A DNA stretch of 64,000 bases, taken from Vulcanimicrobiota bacterium (lineage in GTDB: Bacteria > Vulcanimicrobiota > Vulcanimicrobiia > Vulcanimicrobiales > Vulcanimicrobiaceae). Position numbers and translations under genes: made by a program. The stretch lies in assembly GCA_963695225.1 (NCBI GenBank), contig OY968762.1, positions 960,001 through 1,024,000 of the forward strand, in the 5' to 3' direction. The notes beneath the pieces are model-generated. The model was not told the origin of the DNA and ran no database searches. It was given only the letters and a program-made list of their open reading frames with translations. Shown here in pieces: positions 59,741 to 64,000 of this stretch (position 1 is the stretch's first letter; each line of letters starts with the position of its first letter).

Positions 59741-59745
59741 CGGCG

Positions 59746-59949
59746 CTACTTGCCGATCAAGACTTCCGTTGACTTGATGATGACGAGGACGCTATCGCCT
59801 TCCTTGATCCCCAAACGGTCGACCGAGCCTTTCGTGATCACGGCCGTCAGGTCAGCAGGCTCGACGGCCACTTCGACCTCGGCCATGATGGTGCCGGTGC
59901 GGACCGCTTTCACGACTCCGCGAACCTGATTGCGCGCGCTGATCTCCAT
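59746..59949 (-). CDS. TOBE/Mop molbindin
   Basis: MEISARNQVRG..AVITKGSVDRLG..IIKSTEV; GGGAG RBS. Confidence 0.9.
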   Translation of the reverse strand: MEISARNQVRGVVKAVRTGTIMAEVEVAVEPADLTAVITKGSVDRLGIKEGDSVLVIIKSTEVLIGK

Positions 59950-60112
59950 GTGGGAATCTCCCCCGGCTAGCGCGGCTCGCCGCTCGTCCTCCATTTGCAT
60001 AAGGCCGAGTGGCAGGGACCGCGATACACCGGCAAACAAAAGTGACGAAATGCAGTCTTTCTTTACGTCCAACCGCTGGGCGAGCAACCTGGGTTTCGTT
60101 GCGTCTACGAAC

Positions 60113-60928
60113 ATGGCGCGCGCGCGCGCCGCGCTCCTGCTCGCATGCTTGATCGTATGCACGATGCTAGGCGCCGCAAGAACGGCGGTCGCGGCGGATT
60201 CGGGCGCGGCGATCACCGTATTCGCCGCAGCCTCGTTGCGTGAATCCTTCGAGGCCGCAGCACCGGCCTTCACGAGTAAGACCGGCACGAAGGTGGCGTT
60301 CAATTTCGCCGGCTCCGACACACTCGCGGCGCAGATAGCGCAAGGCGCGCCTGCGGACGTTTTCGCATCCGCGAACCAATCACAGATCAACAAGGTGCGC
60401 GATGCGGGCTTGCTCGCGGGCGATCCGCGAGTCTTCGCGCGCAACGTCCTGGTAACGATCGTTCCGAAAGACAACCCGGGGCACGTTGTCGCGATCGCCG
60501 ATCTCGCGAAACCGGGCGTGCGCCTGATCCTGGCGGCGCCGACCGTCCCAATCGGAGCGTACGCGCGGACGACGTTCGCGAACCTCTCGAAGCTGCCGGC
60601 TTATGGGGCGCACTTCGCCGACGCCGTGGCGGCAAACGTCGTCTCGAACGAGGTCGACGTGAAAGCCGTCGTCGCGAAGGTACTGCTCGGCGAGGGCGAT
60701 GCGGGCGTCTGCTACGGCACCGACGTAACCCCGACCGTCGCAAAGGGGACGACTACGATCGCCTTCCCGCCCGGCGCGGCGCCGGAGGCCGTCTATCCGA
60801 TCGCCGTCGTCAAGGCCTCCACGAATGCCGCAGCGGCGAAGGCCTTCGTCGACTTCGTCCTCTCGCCGGAAGGGCAAGCGTTTTTGAAGGATCGCGGCTT
60901 CCTGCCCCCGGCGGCCGCCTCAAACTAG
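60113..60928 (+). CDS. modA: Molybdate ABC substrate-binding protein
   Basis: Signal peptide; VFAAASL, FAGS..LA.QI.QGAPADVFASA, VPIGAYA, YPIA. Confidence 0.92.
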   Translation: MARARAALLLACLIVCTMLGAARTAVAADSGAAITVFAAASLRESFEAAAPAFTSKTGTKVAFNFAGSDTLAAQIAQGAPADVFASANQSQINKVRDAGLLAGDPRVFARNVLVTIVPKDNPGHVVAIADLAKPGVRLILAAPTVPIGAYARTTFANLSKLPAYGAHFADAVAANVVSNEVDVKAVVAKVLLGEGDAGVCYGTDVTPTVAKGTTTIAFPPGAAPEAVYPIAVVKASTNAAAAKAFVDFVLSPEGQAFLKDRGFLPPAAASN

Positions 60929-60996
60929 AAGGCCGGCTCCGTTTCCGCTCCTTCGCCCCGCAAAGCATTTTCGCCGCCCGGGGCGAAGCACCACGC

Positions 60997-61371
60997 GTGG
61001 AAAAGGGCGACTGCGTGAGATGCGTCGTAGGCGGCCCCGAAGCTCTGCCGGAGACTCTCAGAGTCCCGGGAGCGCGGGAGGTTTGGTACTGCCGCTTCGC
61101 GCTTGACGCACCCGATACCGACGAGCCCCTAGCGACGACGTACGTGGTCATCGTGCTCCGCGCGGGAATCGCCAGCGTGACCGACCTCGCCGACGTGCAA
61201 CGCCGCGCCCTCCGATCGAAGGCATGGCTTCGCGTCGCCGCCCGCTTCTCGGAGCGCCCGGAACGCAGGGCCGAAATCGAGGCCCACGTGCGGCGGGCGA
61301 TCGCGCTCGCGTATCCGGGATCGGTCGAGGTCCTCCGGCTCAAGCTCGCACAGACGCACGCACAGAGTTAG
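60997..61371 (+). CDS. Hypothetical protein
   Basis: Fills the intergenic gap; converges on the GH130 stop. Confidence 0.4.
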   Translation: MEKGDCVRCVVGGPEALPETLRVPGAREVWYCRFALDAPDTDEPLATTYVVIVLRAGIASVTDLADVQRRALRSKAWLRVAARFSERPERRAEIEAHVRRAIALAYPGSVEVLRLKLAQTHAQS

Positions 61372-61376
61372 CGCGC

Positions 61377-62468
61377 CTACGCGGCGGTTTCGACGACGCT
61401 TTCTCCGAGTTCCATACGGGCGCAGCCGACGCGATAGTCGGCCATGCCGTAGTAGACGTCGTAGCTCCGGCTGCCGAGCGCCGGCCGCGCGTCGAGCCCG
61501 GTCGGGAAGACCACGTTGTTGACGATCCCCTTCATCTCTTGCCGCGTCTCCGGCACGAAGATGGGCCGCGGCGAGCGGTACCGGAGGATGTGCGGACGCT
61601 GGACGTCGTGGACGAGCAGCCCCGCGCTGTAGCGCAGGCGGCGGCGGCCGTCCGGCGAGGGCAGCATGTCGACGCCGTGGTACAGGGAAAGCCACCCCTC
61701 CTCGATCCGCACCGGGGGCGTGCCGCCGCCGAGTTTCACGAGGCCCCAATCGCCCTGCGGGCACGCCACGAGGACGCTCTCCCGCACGTTGAGCATCTCG
61801 TGCCGGTCGGCTAGCGCTTCCGCCAGGGGGATGTAAGCGACGCGGATCGATTCGCGCGATTCCGGCGGCATCGCGAGCATCTCTTCGCAGGCCTGGTATC
61901 CGTGAACCGCCGAGAGCGTAAGCATCGGACGGTGGTAGAGCGCGAGCGATTCGACGCCCGACGGAGAGATGACCGGCTCCGGGAAGAACGCAGCGTCCTT
62001 ATCGTCGCCGTTCGGCAGCCCGGCGTTGAGAAAATCCAGCAAACCGATCCGTTCCCACGCGTAACCGTCGGCAGAGAGCGCGATCGCGATCCGAGGACCG
62101 GCCGGCCCGAACGCGGTGTAGCACATGACGTACTGATCCAAGCACGGCACGAACGTGACGCGCGGATCTTCACAGCCGTAGCCGCCGGCCTTGTAGCGCA
62201 GCTCGTAGGGGGCCGCCGGCTGCAGCGCGTAACCGCGGCGGCGGAACTCCGGGACGGGCGCATCGCCGTCCGCTACGAACAAGCCGACGCGCGAAACGTT
62301 TCCCGCCCCGACGACGCGCGGGTACATGACGAGCTTCCCGTCGCGAGCGCGGACGACCGCGGGATTCAGCACGCCCTCGGCCTCGTTCGCGTCGCCGTTG
62401 GGCTCCACCACGACGCCGAGGCGCGTGAGGCGGGCCGGGAGGTCAACGATCTGTTCGTCTGGCGTCAT
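61377..62468 (-). CDS. GH130-like glycosidase/phosphorylase
   Basis: GVLNPA, GCEDPRV, DDKDAAFFPE, KLGGGTPP, YHGV, NVVFPTG, YYGMAD. Confidence 0.85.
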   Translation of the reverse strand: MTPDEQIVDLPARLTRLGVVVEPNGDANEAEGVLNPAVVRARDGKLVMYPRVVGAGNVSRVGLFVADGDAPVPEFRRRGYALQPAAPYELRYKAGGYGCEDPRVTFVPCLDQYVMCYTAFGPAGPRIAIALSADGYAWERIGLLDFLNAGLPNGDDKDAAFFPEPVISPSGVESLALYHRPMLTLSAVHGYQACEEMLAMPPESRESIRVAYIPLAEALADRHEMLNVRESVLVACPQGDWGLVKLGGGTPPVRIEEGWLSLYHGVDMLPSPDGRRRLRYSAGLLVHDVQRPHILRYRSPRPIFVPETRQEMKGIVNNVVFPTGLDARPALGSRSYDVYYGMADYRVGCARMELGESVVETAA

Positions 62469-62541
62469 GGCCTCTCACGGGAAGAACGCCGCATGGCGCT
62501 GAGGGATTCACAGAAGATCGCCAAAGCGGGCCGGAACGCCC

Positions 62542-63036
62542 TCATTCGTACGTCGGCGGATATTGGGGCGAAAGCCTCGCCACGGCCGCTTCTTCCTCGC
62601 GGTACGCCTCTTCGAGTTCGCGCTTGAGCTCGGCGAGCAAGCTGCGGGCTGCGGCGTGTGCGATGCGGCGCCCGACGGTCGCATCGAACGCCTTTCCGGC
62701 GACGCCGAACGGCGCCTCGTACGAGCCGGACAGCTCGATACGGGACGAGTCTCCGCCGGCGCTGTCGATGAGCATCGTTCCATGGAAATCCGGGTAAGGT
62801 CCACCGTGCTTGGGTATCCACCCGATCTTCATCCGCTCGTACCGCGGAAACCCGGGCTCGGGTTCGAAGGTCGCCGTCACCTCGCGTTGCAGCGTCACGT
62901 CGCCTACCGGCACCGTGATCGGCATCGAAGCCCCGGTTCCACCGATAGCCCCCAGCCGCCCGAAATAGGCCGTCAAGAAGTCCGGCACGCGGTGATACGG
63001 GCATCGCACCGTGACCGCATCGTTGATCTGCGTCAT
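62542..63036 (-). CDS. Hypothetical protein, SRPBCC/START-like
   Basis: YPDFHG.M.I..LSGSYEAPFG..GKAFD...RIA pattern. Confidence 0.6.
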   Translation of the reverse strand: MTQINDAVTVRCPYHRVPDFLTAYFGRLGAIGGTGASMPITVPVGDVTLQREVTATFEPEPGFPRYERMKIGWIPKHGGPYPDFHGTMLIDSAGGDSSRIELSGSYEAPFGVAGKAFDATVGRRIAHAAARSLLAELKRELEEAYREEEAAVARLSPQYPPTYE

Positions 63037-63299
63037 GCCGGTAGAACGTTAATGGGCTGCGGTCCCGTTCCTGCGGTTTCGGCGGAAGGGCTCCCTCTCG
63101 CTCCCCGCAGGGTCGCTTCTCCTGCAAGGCGGCCCGTGTCCGGACGCACTACTTTTCGGTTTGGCGTGGAACTTTTCGGTGAAATTGTCGTAATAGAGAG
63201 TAAGGGATTCGTGGCCCGCATCACGCTTCTCAGGTGCAGGCGAACGTCGCAACCCCGTGCAAAATTCTCATCATCAGAACCGGATCGAGGACCGCTACC

Positions 63300-63713
63300 A
63301 TGGCACGTCGGCCCAAAAAGGACAAGCTCTCGAAGGCTTCGGATCCGAGCCTTTTTGAAGCGTGCTTGGATCTGCCGACGGATCCGACGCTCGATGCGAC
63401 GGCCGCACCGGCTCCCGTCGCCAAGCTCCCGGCCTTGAAGAAGACGCGCGTCCGCTCCGGCGAGAAGCGCGCCCGCAAGATCGCCCGCCCGATCGCGGAC
63501 GTCGATAAGATGTTCGCAGCCTGCCTCGCTCGCCTGACCGAGATCGAGAATTGGCTCGCGACGCCTGACGCTCCGCACATCAACCGCGCGCTGCGCCTAT
63601 GGAAATCGTTCGTCGACGATGCTTCGCACCTGCTCGAAGCGACGGCTTCCCTCGGCGCGCCTCCTCCCGCGCTCATCCCGATCCGCATCCACAAGCCGCA
63701 TCGCCGCCGCTAG
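63300..63713 (+). CDS. Hypothetical protein
   Basis: MARRPKKDK..., typical GC3 codon usage, followed by a hairpin. Confidence 0.55.
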   Translation: MARRPKKDKLSKASDPSLFEACLDLPTDPTLDATAAPAPVAKLPALKKTRVRSGEKRARKIARPIADVDKMFAACLARLTEIENWLATPDAPHINRALRLWKSFVDDASHLLEATASLGAPPPALIPIRIHKPHRRR

Positions 63714-63743
63714 GCGCCTCGCGAACGGTCCGGTCTCGTCTTC

Positions 63744-63776
63744 TCCGCCCCCGCACCATCGAGATGCGGGGGCGGA
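63744..63776. terminator. 12-bp stem hairpin between convergent genes
   Basis: TCCGCCCCCGCA / TGCGGGGGCGGA. Confidence 0.6.
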
Positions 63777-63788
63777 ATCGTTGTACCG

Positions 63789-64000
63789 CTAGACCGCCGC
63801 CGCCACGGACGGGAGGTCGGCCAGTGCGGCGTCGAGCGCCGACTGCTCGTACGACACGTCCTGCAGCTTGCCCGAGAAGTAGTCCGTGTAAGCCTGCATG
63901 TCGAAATGCCCGTGCCCGGAAAGGTTGAACAGGATCGTCTGCGACTTCCCCTCGGCCTTGCAACGGAGCGCCTCGTCGACGGCGGCCTTGACCGCATGCG
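63789..64000 (-). CDS. TrpB-like (TrpB2) PLP enzyme, C-terminal end
   Basis: Manual translation HAVKAAVDEALRCKAEGKSQTILFNLSGHGHFDMQAYTDYFSGKL...*. Confidence 0.85.
   Translation of the reverse strand, partial: HAVKAAVDEALRCKAEGKSQTILFNLSGHGHFDMQAYTDYFSGKLQDVSYEQSALDAALADLPSVAAAV

Noticed and set aside
63040..63140. Glycine riboswitch
   Set aside because: Only superficial GAGAG/CCGAA resemblance; no CTCTCAGG-like core and no glycine-related downstream gene.

Overview
GC-rich bacterial chromosomal window. Gene content and frequent apparently leaderless starts suggest a Terrabacteria lineage, possibly Eremiobacterota; this is inference only. In order it contains: asd/dapB/pcrA; a sugar-nucleotide/glycosyltransferase trio; an SOS-box-preceded, amber-interrupted HNH gene running into tRNA-Gln and tRNA-Glu, followed by a small islet; class I fumarase; an atypical kdp locus (tandem KdpD N-terminal domains, GAF kinase plus NarL-type regulator, two small peptides); a SARP/ATPase/TPR regulator; a group 3b-like [NiFe]-hydrogenase operon; a sedolisin with its propeptide at the C-terminus; a PFOR plus GltD-like pair; a sulfur assimilation cluster (sir, metB-like, cysH-cysC-sat-cysA-sbp-cysT-cysW); molybdate genes; GH130; and the 3' end of a TrpB2-like gene. 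The most striking signal is at 49.2-51.1 kb. Three promoters with the same architecture each appear to start a leaderless leader peptide followed by an intrinsic terminator. Two leaders are Cys-rich (all TGT codons) and precede sulfite reductase and the cys operon; one is Met-rich and precedes the cystathionine gamma-synthase-like gene. This is a candidate ribosome-mediated Cys/Met attenuation system, and the Met-sensing element is the least precedented part.
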